DNA from: Butyrivibrio sp.
Lineage (GTDB): Bacteria > Bacillota > Clostridia > Lachnospirales > Lachnospiraceae
Direction: 5' to 3'
Assembly: GCA_017634825.1 (NCBI GenBank)
Contig: JAGBMP010000064.1
Location: 10,332 to 74,331 of the forward strand
Length of the DNA stretch: 64,000 nt
Shown: in pieces, positions 9,709 to 20,264 of the stretch
Numbering within the stretch: the stretch's first letter is position 1
How the letters are laid out: each line of letters starts with the position of its first letter
Notes under the pieces: model-generated
Database searches by the model: none
Seen by the model: only the letters and a program-made list of their open reading frames with translations
What the model was told of the DNA's origin: nothing
Program-made: the position numbers and the translations under genes

Positions 9709-9967
9709 GTGAGTCAAACTGAAACGTCCTCACTGACTCACTTTACGTAGATACAGCTTTTCTCATATAATTAAGACTACAGAAGCAAATATTGCAGCTA
9801 TTATCGACACCATGAATAAGGGCGACAGCCTGCGTGCCATCGTTAAACCGGCGGAAAGAATCAAAGAAACTATAGAAAACTATAAAAAGAATAAGGCATA
9901 ATATGCAAAAATGTGGTATAGTGTAATTTGACTTATTTTGCAAACCTATTTAGCAGGAGGAATTATT

Positions 9968-11329
9968 ATGGAGGGTGGCCCCTCTTCAGACAGTATTATC
10001 GCCTTTTTTGTCATTCTCATAATTGATTTTCTGATACAGGGCTTTGGTATGGCTCTTGACCATGTCAGCAAGGACGAGATTGAGAAAAAGAGCCTTGAGA
10101 ACAAGGACGGTGTTAGCAGCAAGCTCCTTAAGCTCCTTGAGAACGAGACTCGTCATATAGAAGCTGTGCAGCTTCTTGCCATTATCTTAAATATGGTTCT
10201 TGGAGTTTTATGTGTTCTTAATCTCAGCAGCTTTTTTGCCAGGACCTTTGCATTTTCTCAGAGCATGGTAACATGCGCACTTGTCACCATCCTTACAGGT
10301 ATTCTGGTGGCGGTTCTGATCATGAGCTTTGGAGTAATAATCCCAAGAAGGCTTGCTGCGAGAAACCCTGAGAAATGGGCTTACGGCTGCTATTATCCAA
10401 CAAGCGTTTTCAGAGTGATCCTCTATCCGCTGGTTGTGTTATCGGATATTATATCAAGCGGAGTACTCTACCTGTTTGGTATAAGAGGAGATGACAAGCT
10501 CGTAGATGTTACCGAGGAAGAGATCAAGTCCATGGTAACAGAAGGTCAGGAGCAGGGCGTTATTCAGGAATCTGAGGCAGACATGATCTCCAATATCTTC
10601 GAGTTCTCCGACAAGGAAGCTCAGGATATCATGACCAACAGAAATGCCATGGTAGCCATTGATGCCAACAGTTCCCTTAAGGAAGCTGTAGACTTCATGA
10701 TGGACACCAACAACTCAAGATTCCCTGTCTACCTTGATGATATTGACCACATAATAGGAATCATGCACATCAGAGATGCCATGAAAAAGCTTGCTGACAG
10801 CACGGACTCAGATCTTCCCATCAGGAAGATAAAAGGACTCCTAAGACAGCCCAAGTTTGTTCCCGAGACCAGGAACATTGATTCTTTGTTCCACAGCATG
10901 CAGTCTTCCAAGACTCAGATGGTAATTGTCATCGATGAGTACGGCCAGACAGCAGGTCTTGTTTCCATGGAGGATATCCTTGAGGAAATTGTAGGAAATA
11001 TCATGGATGAGTACGATGAAGATGAGAACTACGTAAGACCTACCAAGAATGCGGGAGAGTTTACGGTAGATGGCAAGACCCCTCTTGAGGTACTTGAGAA
11101 GAAATTCAAGATCTCTTTTGGAGAGAGTGAGTTTGAAACCCTCAACGGATACATCATATCCAAGCTCGACAGGATACCTGAGAGCGATGAGGACTTTGAT
11201 GTAACAGTAGATGGCTATAATTTCAAGATTCTTTCAGTTCAGAATCACATGGTTACAAGCGTTCTTCTGACCAAATTGCCGGAAGAAGCGCCTGCTGAAG
11301 AAGAAAAAGAATCAGAAATAGCAAAATAG
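9968..11329 (+). CDS. HlyC/CorC (CNNM-CBS-CorC) family transporter
   Basis: N-terminal TMs, FGVIIPRRLA, CBS pair (DIMTNR, SRFPVY, VIDEYGQTAGLVSMEDILEEIVG) and CorC domain (ETLNGYII). SD aggagg. Confidence 0.93.
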   Translation: MEGGPSSDSIIAFFVILIIDFLIQGFGMALDHVSKDEIEKKSLENKDGVSSKLLKLLENETRHIEAVQLLAIILNMVLGVLCVLNLSSFFARTFAFSQSMVTCALVTILTGILVAVLIMSFGVIIPRRLAARNPEKWAYGCYYPTSVFRVILYPLVVLSDIISSGVLYLFGIRGDDKLVDVTEEEIKSMVTEGQEQGVIQESEADMISNIFEFSDKEAQDIMTNRNAMVAIDANSSLKEAVDFMMDTNNSRFPVYLDDIDHIIGIMHIRDAMKKLADSTDSDLPIRKIKGLLRQPKFVPETRNIDSLFHSMQSSKTQMVIVIDEYGQTAGLVSMEDILEEIVGNIMDEYDEDENYVRPTKNAGEFTVDGKTPLEVLEKKFKISFGESEFETLNGYIISKLDRIPESDEDFDVTVDGYNFKILSVQNHMVTSVLLTKLPEEAPAEEEKESEIAK

Positions 11330-11358
11330 ATTAACAAGTAATACGAAAGGAAGTTTTT

Positions 11359-12096
11359 ATGTCAGGACATTCAAAATTTGCAAACATCAAGCACAAAAAA
11401 GAAAAGAATGATGCAGCAAAGGGTAAGATCTTTACCATTATCGGAAGAGAAATTGCTGTAGCAGTTAAGGAGGGCGGCCCTGATCCTGCAAACAACTTTA
11501 AGCTTGCTCAGGTTATCGCCAAGGCTAAGGCCAACAACATGCCTAACGACACAATCGATCGTGGAATCAAGAAGGCATCCGGCGCTGAAGGCAACGTTGA
11601 TTATAAGAACATCACTTACGAAGGATACGGCCCCGGCGGAACAGCTATCATCGTAGAGGCGCTTACAGACAACCAGAACAGAACTGCATCCAACGTTAAG
11701 GCAGCATTTTCAAAGGGGAACGGAAATGTTGGAACACCCGGATGTGTATCTTACATGTTTGATAACAAGGGACAGATCCTCATCGACAAGGAAGAGTGCA
11801 AGGTATCATCAGATGACCTTATGATGCTCGTTCTTGATGCAGGCGCTGATGATTTCAACGAGGAAGAGGACAGCTACGAGATCCTTACCACTCCTGATAA
11901 TTTCCAGGCTGTAGTTGAGGCACTTAACAAGGAGAACATCGAGACAGCATCTGCTGAGGTTACAATGATCCCTCAGAACTATGTTGCTGTAACAGATCCT
12001 GAGAACGTTAAGTATCTTCAGAGAATCCTTGATCTTCTTGACGAGGATGACGATGTTCAGGCAGTATATCACAACTGGGATGAGCCTGAAGAATAA
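11359..12096 (+). CDS. yebC: YebC/PmpR family protein
   Basis: MSGHSKFANIKHKK, YEGYGPGG, TDNQNRT, DDDVQAVYHN. Confidence 0.96.
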   Translation: MSGHSKFANIKHKKEKNDAAKGKIFTIIGREIAVAVKEGGPDPANNFKLAQVIAKAKANNMPNDTIDRGIKKASGAEGNVDYKNITYEGYGPGGTAIIVEALTDNQNRTASNVKAAFSKGNGNVGTPGCVSYMFDNKGQILIDKEECKVSSDDLMMLVLDAGADDFNEEEDSYEILTTPDNFQAVVEALNKENIETASAEVTMIPQNYVAVTDPENVKYLQRILDLLDEDDDVQAVYHNWDEPEE

Positions 12097-12125
12097 AACA
12101 AAACTTTAATATTGGGGGACTTAAA

Positions 12126-13829
12126 ATGAAACTGAGACGTGCATGGCCGGCGGTAGGCATCTGGGTTATATTTCTTATATTTGAATTTGCAATGGTGGCA
12201 AGTAGCGGTTTCTTTTTAGGTCTTTTTCCCAATGAGAATAAACTGATCTATTCCATAGTCTTTGCAGTACTTAGTATTCTGCTCATGTCAGTGATCGTGA
12301 TATTTGCAGGCAGATGCAGTGACAGCATGAAGGCTGGTCTATGGCCATCCAAGTTGCCCTTTAAGATTGGGTATCAGATAACCATTGCGCTTATACTCAT
12401 AGGAGCTGTCTGGTACAGGATTGAGCTGCTGGCAAATACGTCAAAAGAGATCACGGGCAAGATGAGCCTGTATGAGAACGCCATGGTTGGCGGAACACCT
12501 GTAGCAGAGTACGATCTGTTATCCATCGTATATTCAACGATACTAAAAGGAATCCTGTTCTTTACCGGTAACATCATAACGGTTCCGTTCATTTTCCAGA
12601 TTGTATGTTTCACAATATTCATGATCTGCGGCTTATTTACAGTGCAGAAGCTTCTTGGCTATGCAGCAGCTCTTGTCTTTACTGCTTATGTTGGCTTTAT
12701 GCCGGTGTTCACGCCTGCATTTACAGGTCCAGAGCTTTCTACAGGCCCATTGTTCATGGCTATGTTTGGCATAGAGCTTTTGTTTGTGGCTCTGTTTTTG
12801 GAAGGCTCTTTTAAGAAAAAATATACTTCCAAGGCATGGATAATCTGGTACATTCTGGTTGGTATCGTTGTGGGCTTTATGTCCTATATGGATGCCGGAA
12901 CCATAATCATGATCATACCGTTTTTATTTGCAGTACTGTTTATCTATGGCACTAAGGTAAAAGAGGAAGTCGTAAGGCTTATCATTGTGGTTGCAGCAGC
13001 CGTGTTGACCTTCATCGGCATGTTTATCCAGGAGCAGGGACTTATGATGGCCGATGTGCGTTTTGCAAACTGGGCATCATATTACTTCCACAACCTCAAC
13101 ACTTTTGATATGTTCTGGGCTTACACTGATTACAAGATCATCTATCTCGTAACTCTTATCGTTATGAGCGGAGTAATTGTGGGCTTTTGGAAGAACAGGA
13201 CTGTTGAGAAGATTTCACCCTGGCTGTGGTCAATTCTCTTTATCTTTGTTTCTGTTCCTTTTATGGGCGCAACAAGGATGAATACACAGGTCTTCGTTAC
13301 CGTTTACTACGCATTTATCTTAGGATGCGTTGCTTCACTTATCGCACTTCCTGCTGACGAGGAAGAGGCAGAGTATGTAGAGGAGCCTGTAAAAGAAACT
13401 GTAGAAGAAAAAGAGGCTGAGGAAATCAGGGAACTTGCAGATGATGCAACTGAAGAAGTTGCAGATGAGACTGCATCAGAGTCACCTGAAGCTGCTCAGG
13501 GTGCGCAGGAAGTTACAGAACCTGACTATGAGTTTGAGGATGAACCCGAAGAGGAAGAGCCTCACGGACACTTTGTTCCTGAGGGAATGGTGCTTCCGGA
13601 GGATGATGAAGATGTCGACCTCACACCTCGCATGAAGATGCCTGAATTTACAGGAACCATCAGCCTTGCAGAGACAGCAAGACAGGTTAACGAGAAACTT
13701 AAGGAAAAAGAAAGAAAAGCAGCAGAGAAGAGAGAAACTGAGCGGAAATCATCGCCTGTTACAGACAAAAAGCCAAGAAAAGATGACTTTGACATCGAGC
13801 TTAAGCCCGGTGATGACTTCGATATTTAA
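12126..13829 (+). CDS. Polytopic membrane protein with acidic C-terminal tail (possibly GT-C-like)
   Basis: About 12 hydrophobic segments followed by an E-rich tail. No diagnostic motif. Confidence 0.7.
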   Translation: MKLRRAWPAVGIWVIFLIFEFAMVASSGFFLGLFPNENKLIYSIVFAVLSILLMSVIVIFAGRCSDSMKAGLWPSKLPFKIGYQITIALILIGAVWYRIELLANTSKEITGKMSLYENAMVGGTPVAEYDLLSIVYSTILKGILFFTGNIITVPFIFQIVCFTIFMICGLFTVQKLLGYAAALVFTAYVGFMPVFTPAFTGPELSTGPLFMAMFGIELLFVALFLEGSFKKKYTSKAWIIWYILVGIVVGFMSYMDAGTIIMIIPFLFAVLFIYGTKVKEEVVRLIIVVAAAVLTFIGMFIQEQGLMMADVRFANWASYYFHNLNTFDMFWAYTDYKIIYLVTLIVMSGVIVGFWKNRTVEKISPWLWSILFIFVSVPFMGATRMNTQVFVTVYYAFILGCVASLIALPADEEEAEYVEEPVKETVEEKEAEEIRELADDATEEVADETASESPEAAQGAQEVTEPDYEFEDEPEEEEPHGHFVPEGMVLPEDDEDVDLTPRMKMPEFTGTISLAETARQVNEKLKEKERKAAEKRETERKSSPVTDKKPRKDDFDIELKPGDDFDI

Positions 13830-13843
13830 AGAAAGGTACATAA

Positions 13844-16774
13844 ATGAGAATTGAAGATTTATCTTCGTATGAAATTATTGAAAAGAGAAGGATTGATGAC
13901 CTGAATTCCGAAAGCTATTTGTTAAGGCACAAGAAATCAGGTGCGAGAGTAGCTCTTTTGTCCAATGACGATGAGAACAAGGTGTTTTCAATCGGCTTCA
14001 GGACACCACCCAAGAACTCAACAGGTGTGGCTCACATTATTGAGCATACCGTGCTCTGCGGTTCTAAGGAGTTCCCGGTTAAGGATCCTTTTGTAGAGCT
14101 GGTTAAGGGCTCGCTTAATACATTTTTGAATGCAATGACTTATCCCGATAAGACCGTGTATCCGATAGCCAGCTGCAATGATGCTGACTTCCAGAACCTG
14201 ATGCACGTTTATCTGGATGCAGTTTTTTATCCGAATATATACAGCACTGACAAGATATTTAAGCAGGAAGGCTGGCACTACGAGATGGAGGATGAGACAT
14301 CAGACCTTACCATCAACGGTGTTGTTTACAACGAGATGAAGGGAGCGTTCTCATCTGCTGATGACATGCTCTCAAGAGAGATCCAAAACTCTCTTTATCC
14401 CGATACTACTTACGGTATCGAGTCGGGCGGAGATCCGGACGTTATTCCTGAGCTTACCTATGAGGAGTATCTGGACTTCCACAGGAAATACTATCATCCT
14501 TCAAACAGCTATATTTATATGTTTGGAAACATGGATATGGCTGAGAAGCTTGATTATATGGACAAGAACTACCTCTCCAAGTTTGACCGCATAGAGGTCG
14601 ACTCAGAGGTTGGAGTGCAGAAAGCATTTGACAAGCCGGTTAAGGTGGTTAAGCCTTATCCAATCCTTCCTGAAGATGAGATAGCCAAGAACACATATCT
14701 TTCCTATAACTTCAGCGTTGGATCACCACTTGATAAAAAGCTCTACATTGCTTTTGACATTCTTGACTATGCGCTTTGTTCAGCTCCCGGAGCTCCAATC
14801 AAGAAAGCTCTTATTGAAAAGGGCATCGGACAGGATGTCTACAGCGAGTACGACAACGGAATCAGACAGCCTGTTTTCTCTATCGTTGCCAAGAATGCAG
14901 ATGAGGAACAGCTTGATGAGTTTGTTGACACCATTCAGTCACTGCTTAAGGAGCAGGTAGAGAAGGGAATTGACAAGAAGTCTCTTCTTGCAGGTCTTTC
15001 CTACGATGAGTTTAAGTACCGCGAGGCAGATTTCGGAAGATTTCCAAAGGGTCTTTTGTACGGCCTTCAGGTTATGGACAGCTGGCTCTACGACGATGAG
15101 AAACCCTGGATAAATGTAGAGGCCGGAGAAACCTTCGCTGAGCTTAAGAAGGAAGTGGATGGCAGATACTTTGAGGAGCTTGTTGAGAAGTATTTCCTTA
15201 ATAACAATCACAAGAGCGTAGTAGTTCTGCGCCCCGAAAAAGGCCTTACTGAGAAAAAAGACGAGGAGCTTAAGAACAAGCTTCAGAAGTACAAGGATTC
15301 TCTCTCCGAGGATGAGATAAAGAAGATCGTTCAGGAGACCAAAGAGCTTAAGGAATATCAGGATACACCCGATGATCCTAAGGACCTTGCCAAGATTCCG
15401 CTTCTTACTTTGGCTGATATGAAGAAAGAGGCCGACAAGTTCATATATGAGCTCAGAAGTGCAGGGAATACAAAGGTTCTTTTCCATAACGTGTTCACAA
15501 GTGGCATTGCATACATAAACTTTGTGTTCGACATGAGCACTGTTGATAAAGAGCTCCTTCCTTACGCTTCATCTCTTAAGAAGGCGCTTGGAATGTTGAA
15601 TACCGAGCACTATGCATACGGAGATCTCTACAATGAGATCAACATCAGGACCGGTGGAATCGGCGGATCCATCAGCACTTACACGGATTCAGAGGATGTC
15701 ACCAAGTTCCAGACCAAGTTTGAGATAAACGTTAAGGTTCTTCATGACAACCTTCACTACGCCTTTGACCTGGTAAAAGAGATCCTGACAGCCACCAAAT
15801 TTGATGACGTAAAGAGACTTCGCGAGATCTATGGAGAGCAGTATGCAAGACTCCAGACCGACCTTGCCTCTGCAGGCCATCAGAGTGCAGCGCTCAGAGC
15901 TATGAGCTATGTATCACCTTCTGCAATGGTTTCGGACAATGTTAGTGGAATCGGGTATTTCAGACATCTCGAGAAGATGAACAAGGCTCTTGAGAGCGAT
16001 GATGGGGCAAAAGAGATCGCCAGGAAGTTTAAGCATCTCTGCAGCCTGATATTCAGACCCGAGAACCTTCTTGTGGATATCACAGGCACAGAGAAGGAGT
16101 ATGAGGGTATGCCTGAGCAGACAAAGGAGTTTGTGAAGGCTCTTTATACAGAGGATGTTAAAAAGGGCACTCTTAAGCTTGTTCCCGAAAAGAAGAATGA
16201 GGGCTTTAAGACCGCAGGCCAGGTTCAGTATGTCTGCAGAGCCGGAAATTTCGCCTCCAAGGGACTTAAGTACAACGGATCACTTCGTGTACTGAAGGTA
16301 ATGATGGGCTATGACTACCTCTGGAAGAATATCAGAGTTCTGGGCGGAGCCTACGGATGCATGAGCAGTTTTGCCAAGAACGGCGACAGTGCATTTGTGA
16401 CCTACAGAGATCCTAACTTAAAGGGCAGTATCGATATATTTGAAGGAGCATCTGACTACCTGCGCAGCTTTGATTCAGACGACAGGACAATACTCCAGTA
16501 TATAATCGGTGCGATATCAGACCTGGATACACCCAAGACACCTTCAGCCAAGGGAGCTTACGGACTTACGGCTTACCTGTGCGGTGCTAAAATGGAGAAC
16601 ATCCAGAGAAACAGGGATGAGCTTCTTGGAACCACCAAGGAGACCATCAGAGGTCTTGCGGACTATGTAGATGCTTTCATGTCAGATGAGTGTCTGTGTG
16701 TTATCGGATCAGCTGAGAAGATCGAGGAGAGTAAAGAGCTGTTTAACTCAGTTCAGCAGCTGGTTGGAAGGTAA
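13844..16774 (+). CDS. Insulinase family (M16C, presequence-protease-like) zinc metallopeptidase
   Basis: Inverted zinc motif HIIEH, FLNAMTYPDKT, GVVYNEMKG, IRVLGGAYG, YRDP. Confidence 0.95.
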   Translation: MRIEDLSSYEIIEKRRIDDLNSESYLLRHKKSGARVALLSNDDENKVFSIGFRTPPKNSTGVAHIIEHTVLCGSKEFPVKDPFVELVKGSLNTFLNAMTYPDKTVYPIASCNDADFQNLMHVYLDAVFYPNIYSTDKIFKQEGWHYEMEDETSDLTINGVVYNEMKGAFSSADDMLSREIQNSLYPDTTYGIESGGDPDVIPELTYEEYLDFHRKYYHPSNSYIYMFGNMDMAEKLDYMDKNYLSKFDRIEVDSEVGVQKAFDKPVKVVKPYPILPEDEIAKNTYLSYNFSVGSPLDKKLYIAFDILDYALCSAPGAPIKKALIEKGIGQDVYSEYDNGIRQPVFSIVAKNADEEQLDEFVDTIQSLLKEQVEKGIDKKSLLAGLSYDEFKYREADFGRFPKGLLYGLQVMDSWLYDDEKPWINVEAGETFAELKKEVDGRYFEELVEKYFLNNNHKSVVVLRPEKGLTEKKDEELKNKLQKYKDSLSEDEIKKIVQETKELKEYQDTPDDPKDLAKIPLLTLADMKKEADKFIYELRSAGNTKVLFHNVFTSGIAYINFVFDMSTVDKELLPYASSLKKALGMLNTEHYAYGDLYNEINIRTGGIGGSISTYTDSEDVTKFQTKFEINVKVLHDNLHYAFDLVKEILTATKFDDVKRLREIYGEQYARLQTDLASAGHQSAALRAMSYVSPSAMVSDNVSGIGYFRHLEKMNKALESDDGAKEIARKFKHLCSLIFRPENLLVDITGTEKEYEGMPEQTKEFVKALYTEDVKKGTLKLVPEKKNEGFKTAGQVQYVCRAGNFASKGLKYNGSLRVLKVMMGYDYLWKNIRVLGGAYGCMSSFAKNGDSAFVTYRDPNLKGSIDIFEGASDYLRSFDSDDRTILQYIIGAISDLDTPKTPSAKGAYGLTAYLCGAKMENIQRNRDELLGTTKETIRGLADYVDAFMSDECLCVIGSAEKIEESKELFNSVQQLVGR

Positions 16775-16817
16775 ATCTATCGTATCAGGACGCCCGGGGC
16801 GTCAAAAGGAGGAAATT

Positions 16818-17846
16818 ATGAAAAAGAGAAGTGTCAGAGTATTTGGAATGGCCATGGCTCTTTTCATGGGAGCTATGCTCACAGCCTGCGGATCTTCAAG
16901 TGATTCGGCCGGATCTGCCAAGTATGCTGTAACAGAGTCGGCTGCTGACTACGGCGTATATGAAGAGCCTGCTGCGACTATGGAGATGGCAGATGCTTCT
17001 GCAGGAACAGATGGCCAGACGCAGGTCAATGACACCAGCAGAAAGCTGATCAAGACCGTTAATCTCGATACCGAGACAGAGGACCTTGATCAGACAGTAT
17101 CCCTTATAGAGCAGAAAGTAACAGGACTTGGCGGATATATTGAGTCCAGCAATATCTACAACGGAACCACCTATTCCGGACGTTCATCCAGAAGCGCCAG
17201 CATTACTGCAAGAGTTCCTGCTGTAAATCTTGACTCTTTTGTGGATTCTGTAGAAGGAAACACAAATATCACAAGGAAGTCTGTCAATGTAGATGACATT
17301 ACTCTTACATATGTTGATATCGAGAGTAAGAGAAACTCCTTAAGAACAGAGGAGAAGAGACTTTTAGAGATCCTTGAGTCTGCTGAGACGGTTGAAGATC
17401 TCATAACCGTAGAGGATAAGCTTGCTGATGTAAGATATGAACTTGAGAGCATAGAGTCTCAGATCAGAAGCTACGACAACCTTGTTGATTACAGCACGGT
17501 ATACCTTAACATTGAAGAGGTTGTTAAGTTCACTCCTGTGGAGAAAGAGAGTGCCTTCAGCAGAATGGGCAAGGGCTTTATGGAGAACCTCTCTGATGTT
17601 GGCGAAGCCATTGTTGATTTCCTGGTATGGTTTGTATCACACATCCCCGGACTTATAGTATTTGCCATTGTTGTAGTAATTATTGTGCTCATTATCAGAG
17701 CAATTGTTGTGGGGAGCAAGAAGAAAAAAGCTAAGAAGATGCAGATGATGTATCAGGCAGCTGTGCAGAACGCAGCTCCTGTAGCAAGTAACCAGGCACC
17801 TCAGCAGGCTAAAGAGCCTGAAAAAGGAAACGATGGAAATAAGTAA
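16818..17846 (+). CDS. DUF4349-family lipoprotein with C-terminal TM
   Basis: Lipobox LTAC, RKLIKT, GGYIESS, ARVP, DITLTYVD, coiled coil, C-terminal TM. SD aggagg before ATG 16818. Confidence 0.85.
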   Translation: MKKRSVRVFGMAMALFMGAMLTACGSSSDSAGSAKYAVTESAADYGVYEEPAATMEMADASAGTDGQTQVNDTSRKLIKTVNLDTETEDLDQTVSLIEQKVTGLGGYIESSNIYNGTTYSGRSSRSASITARVPAVNLDSFVDSVEGNTNITRKSVNVDDITLTYVDIESKRNSLRTEEKRLLEILESAETVEDLITVEDKLADVRYELESIESQIRSYDNLVDYSTVYLNIEEVVKFTPVEKESAFSRMGKGFMENLSDVGEAIVDFLVWFVSHIPGLIVFAIVVVIIVLIIRAIVVGSKKKKAKKMQMMYQAAVQNAAPVASNQAPQQAKEPEKGNDGNK

Positions 17847-18900
17847 TTTTAAAACAGGTTTTGTAACTTTAATAGGGCGTCCCAATGTAGGTAAGTCGAC
17901 ACTGATGAACCACCTCATCGGGCAGAAGATCGCTATAACTTCCAACAAGCCTCAGACCACCAGAAACAGGATCATGACTGTTTTTACAGATGATGAGGCT
18001 CAGATGATATTCCTTGATACCCCGGGAATCCACGACACCAAGAATAAACTTGGCGAGTACATGACCAAGGTGGCAAAGAGTACGCTGGAAGAGGTGGACC
18101 TTATTCTCTGGCTCGTTGAGCCCAGCACCTATATCGGTGAAGTGGAAAAGTCCATTATTGAGGAACTAAAGAAGTCGAAAAAGCCAATAATTCTTGTAAT
18201 AAACAAGATTGATACCGTATCTCCAGAGAATCTTCAGAAGTTTGAAGATGCTTACACCAAGGAGATGGACTTTGCCAGAGTGGTGAAAGTGGCAGCCCTT
18301 AAGGGACAGAACGTTGACGGGGTACTTGCTACCATCAAGGAATTTCTTCCCTACGGACCGGCTCTTTATGATGAGGACACCATTACAGATCAGCCCGAGA
18401 GGCAGATCGTTGCCGAGATAATAAGAGAGAAAGCCCTTAGGCTTCTTCAGGATGAAGTGCCTCACGGAATCGCAGTAACCATAGAGACCATGAGGATGAG
18501 AGAGAAGAAAGTCGAAAAGCCTAAGAAAAAGAGACACCAGCACCCTCCGAAGAAGAGCGCTCTGGAGAAACAGATGCAGGCGGCTATGGATGAAGACATT
18601 CAGGATGGCCCGGTTGTCTTTTCCTTGGATGATATGAATGCCGAGGAAGAGGTTTATGATCCTGAGGGTATCATGGACATTGAGGCAACAGTCATCTGCG
18701 AGAGAGACTCCCACAAGGGAATCGTCATCGGAAAGGGCGGCGCTATGCTAGAGAGGATCGGCAGCGCAGCAAGAAAAGATATTGAGGAACTGGTTGGATG
18801 TCAGGTTAATCTCCAGCTCTTTGTAAAGGTCAGAAGAGACTGGCGCGATGATACGCAGCAGATGAAGAATTTTGGTTACAATCCAAAGGATTTTAAATAG
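17833..18900 (+). CDS. era: GTPase Era (with about 50-aa insertion in KH domain)
   Basis: GRPNVGKST, PQTTR, DTPG, NKID, EVPH, KGIVIGKGG, LQLFVKV. Confidence 0.96.
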   Translation: MEISNFKTGFVTLIGRPNVGKSTLMNHLIGQKIAITSNKPQTTRNRIMTVFTDDEAQMIFLDTPGIHDTKNKLGEYMTKVAKSTLEEVDLILWLVEPSTYIGEVEKSIIEELKKSKKPIILVINKIDTVSPENLQKFEDAYTKEMDFARVVKVAALKGQNVDGVLATIKEFLPYGPALYDEDTITDQPERQIVAEIIREKALRLLQDEVPHGIAVTIETMRMREKKVEKPKKKRHQHPPKKSALEKQMQAAMDEDIQDGPVVFSLDDMNAEEEVYDPEGIMDIEATVICERDSHKGIVIGKGGAMLERIGSAARKDIEELVGCQVNLQLFVKVRRDWRDDTQQMKNFGYNPKDFK

Positions 18901-18909
18901 GAGCTTTTG

Positions 18910-19569
18910 ATGGAAGATATCATTACCGTCAGAGGAATAGTACTAAAGCATAGTCCCAGTGGGGATTATGACTGGGTAGCAACTATATTCACCGCCGAGA
19001 GGGGCAAGATCACAGCCTTTGCAAGAAGCGCAAGAAAGCCAAACGGACGGCTCTCAGGCACGGTTGAGCCATTTTGCTTCGGAACTTTCAAGCTCTTTGT
19101 GGGCAGAAGTTCCTACAATATAGTAGAGGCGGATATAGAGAACTACTTCGAAGGATTTAGGGGGGATCTTGAAGGTGCCTATTACGGCACCTTTTTCCTT
19201 GAACTGGCCTCGTACTATTCAAAAGAGAATATTGAGGACAGGGAACTGCTCAATCTTTTGTACATTTCCCTGAAAGCTCTGCAAAAGGACTCAATTCCCA
19301 ATAAGCTGGTAAGGTGCATTTATGAGCTAAAGAGCCTTCAGATAGAAGGTGAGTATCCCGGAGTTCCGGCAAATATGGAGATACAGGAATCCACGAGATA
19401 TGCTCTTTCACATATAGAGTCTTCGCAGCTTGAGAAACTCTATACCTTTAATGTAAGCGACGAAGTACTATATGAACTTTGCAGGGTAACATCCCTTTAC
19501 AGAAGTAAGTTTATCGACAGGACACTAAAAAGCATGGAAATGCTCGCCACCTTTGACGATGCCCTGTAA
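18910..19569 (+). CDS. recO: DNA repair protein RecO
   Basis: OB-fold N-terminus (GIVLK...FTAERGKITAFARSARK) and the conserved position after era. Confidence 0.9.
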   Translation: MEDIITVRGIVLKHSPSGDYDWVATIFTAERGKITAFARSARKPNGRLSGTVEPFCFGTFKLFVGRSSYNIVEADIENYFEGFRGDLEGAYYGTFFLELASYYSKENIEDRELLNLLYISLKALQKDSIPNKLVRCIYELKSLQIEGEYPGVPANMEIQESTRYALSHIESSQLEKLYTFNVSDEVLYELCRVTSLYRSKFIDRTLKSMEMLATFDDAL

Positions 19570-19632
19570 TGAAGGCGCTATTGAAAAAGAAAAATGATTT
19601 GGATATAATTACTTTGTTTGTGAGGTGAAAAG

Positions 19633-20235
19633 GTGGTTATTATAAAGAAAAAACTTACGGCAGCTGCCGTAATATCTTTTACCATATTGGGACTGTGCGC
19701 CTGCGGAAAAGAGACTGCGGGGGGTTCCACAGTATCGGTGGACAAGGAAGGCAAGGTTGAAAGCGTTTTATACGATGCCTTCGACAAGGATTACTACAGT
19801 CTTGATGAACTAAAAAATATGGCAGAAGAAGAGATCTCAGATTACAATTCAGAGTATGAGAACCCAAGGATCACGCTTTCAGATGCCCAGGTGCTTGAGG
19901 AGGAAGGCGTGGTTAAGCTTACAATGCAGTTTGAGAGCGCCCAGGACTATTCCTATTATAACCAGGTGGATATGTTCTACGGCACCGTGGAAGATGCCAG
20001 AAGCGCAGGGTATGAGCTTAACTTAAACCTTGTGGATGACAAGGGTGACAAGATAGATCCCTCTATAATCGATCAGAATCCTGACAGACACATAATAATA
20101 ACCAGTGACAAGACAAACATTAAGACCCCTTATAACATTGAGTACATGTCAAAGGGCGTCAACAGCCTTGGTAAAAAGGAAGCAGAGCTTCATGCGGTAA
20201 CTGCAGAGTACGCACAGCTCCTTCTTTCAAAATAA
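19633..20235 (+). CDS. Hypothetical lipoprotein
   Basis: Signal peptide with lipobox LCAC; acidic mature region. Confidence 0.75.
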   Translation: MVIIKKKLTAAAVISFTILGLCACGKETAGGSTVSVDKEGKVESVLYDAFDKDYYSLDELKNMAEEEISDYNSEYENPRITLSDAQVLEEEGVVKLTMQFESAQDYSYYNQVDMFYGTVEDARSAGYELNLNLVDDKGDKIDPSIIDQNPDRHIIITSDKTNIKTPYNIEYMSKGVNSLGKKEAELHAVTAEYAQLLLSK

Positions 20236-20264
20236 GAAACATTTACAGGAAGGATATTTTAAAC

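Noticed and set aside
9707-9743. CIRCE element upstream of the J-domain gene
   Set aside because: The inverted repeat does not match TTAGCACTC-N9-GAGTGCTAA.
18505-18663. Intein in Era
   Set aside because: Too short, with no N-terminal Cys/Ser or C-terminal His-Asn splice motifs.
20236-20264. T-box riboswitch before glyS/alaS
   Set aside because: The intergenic gaps are only about 10-30 nt, leaving no room, and no T-box motif is seen.
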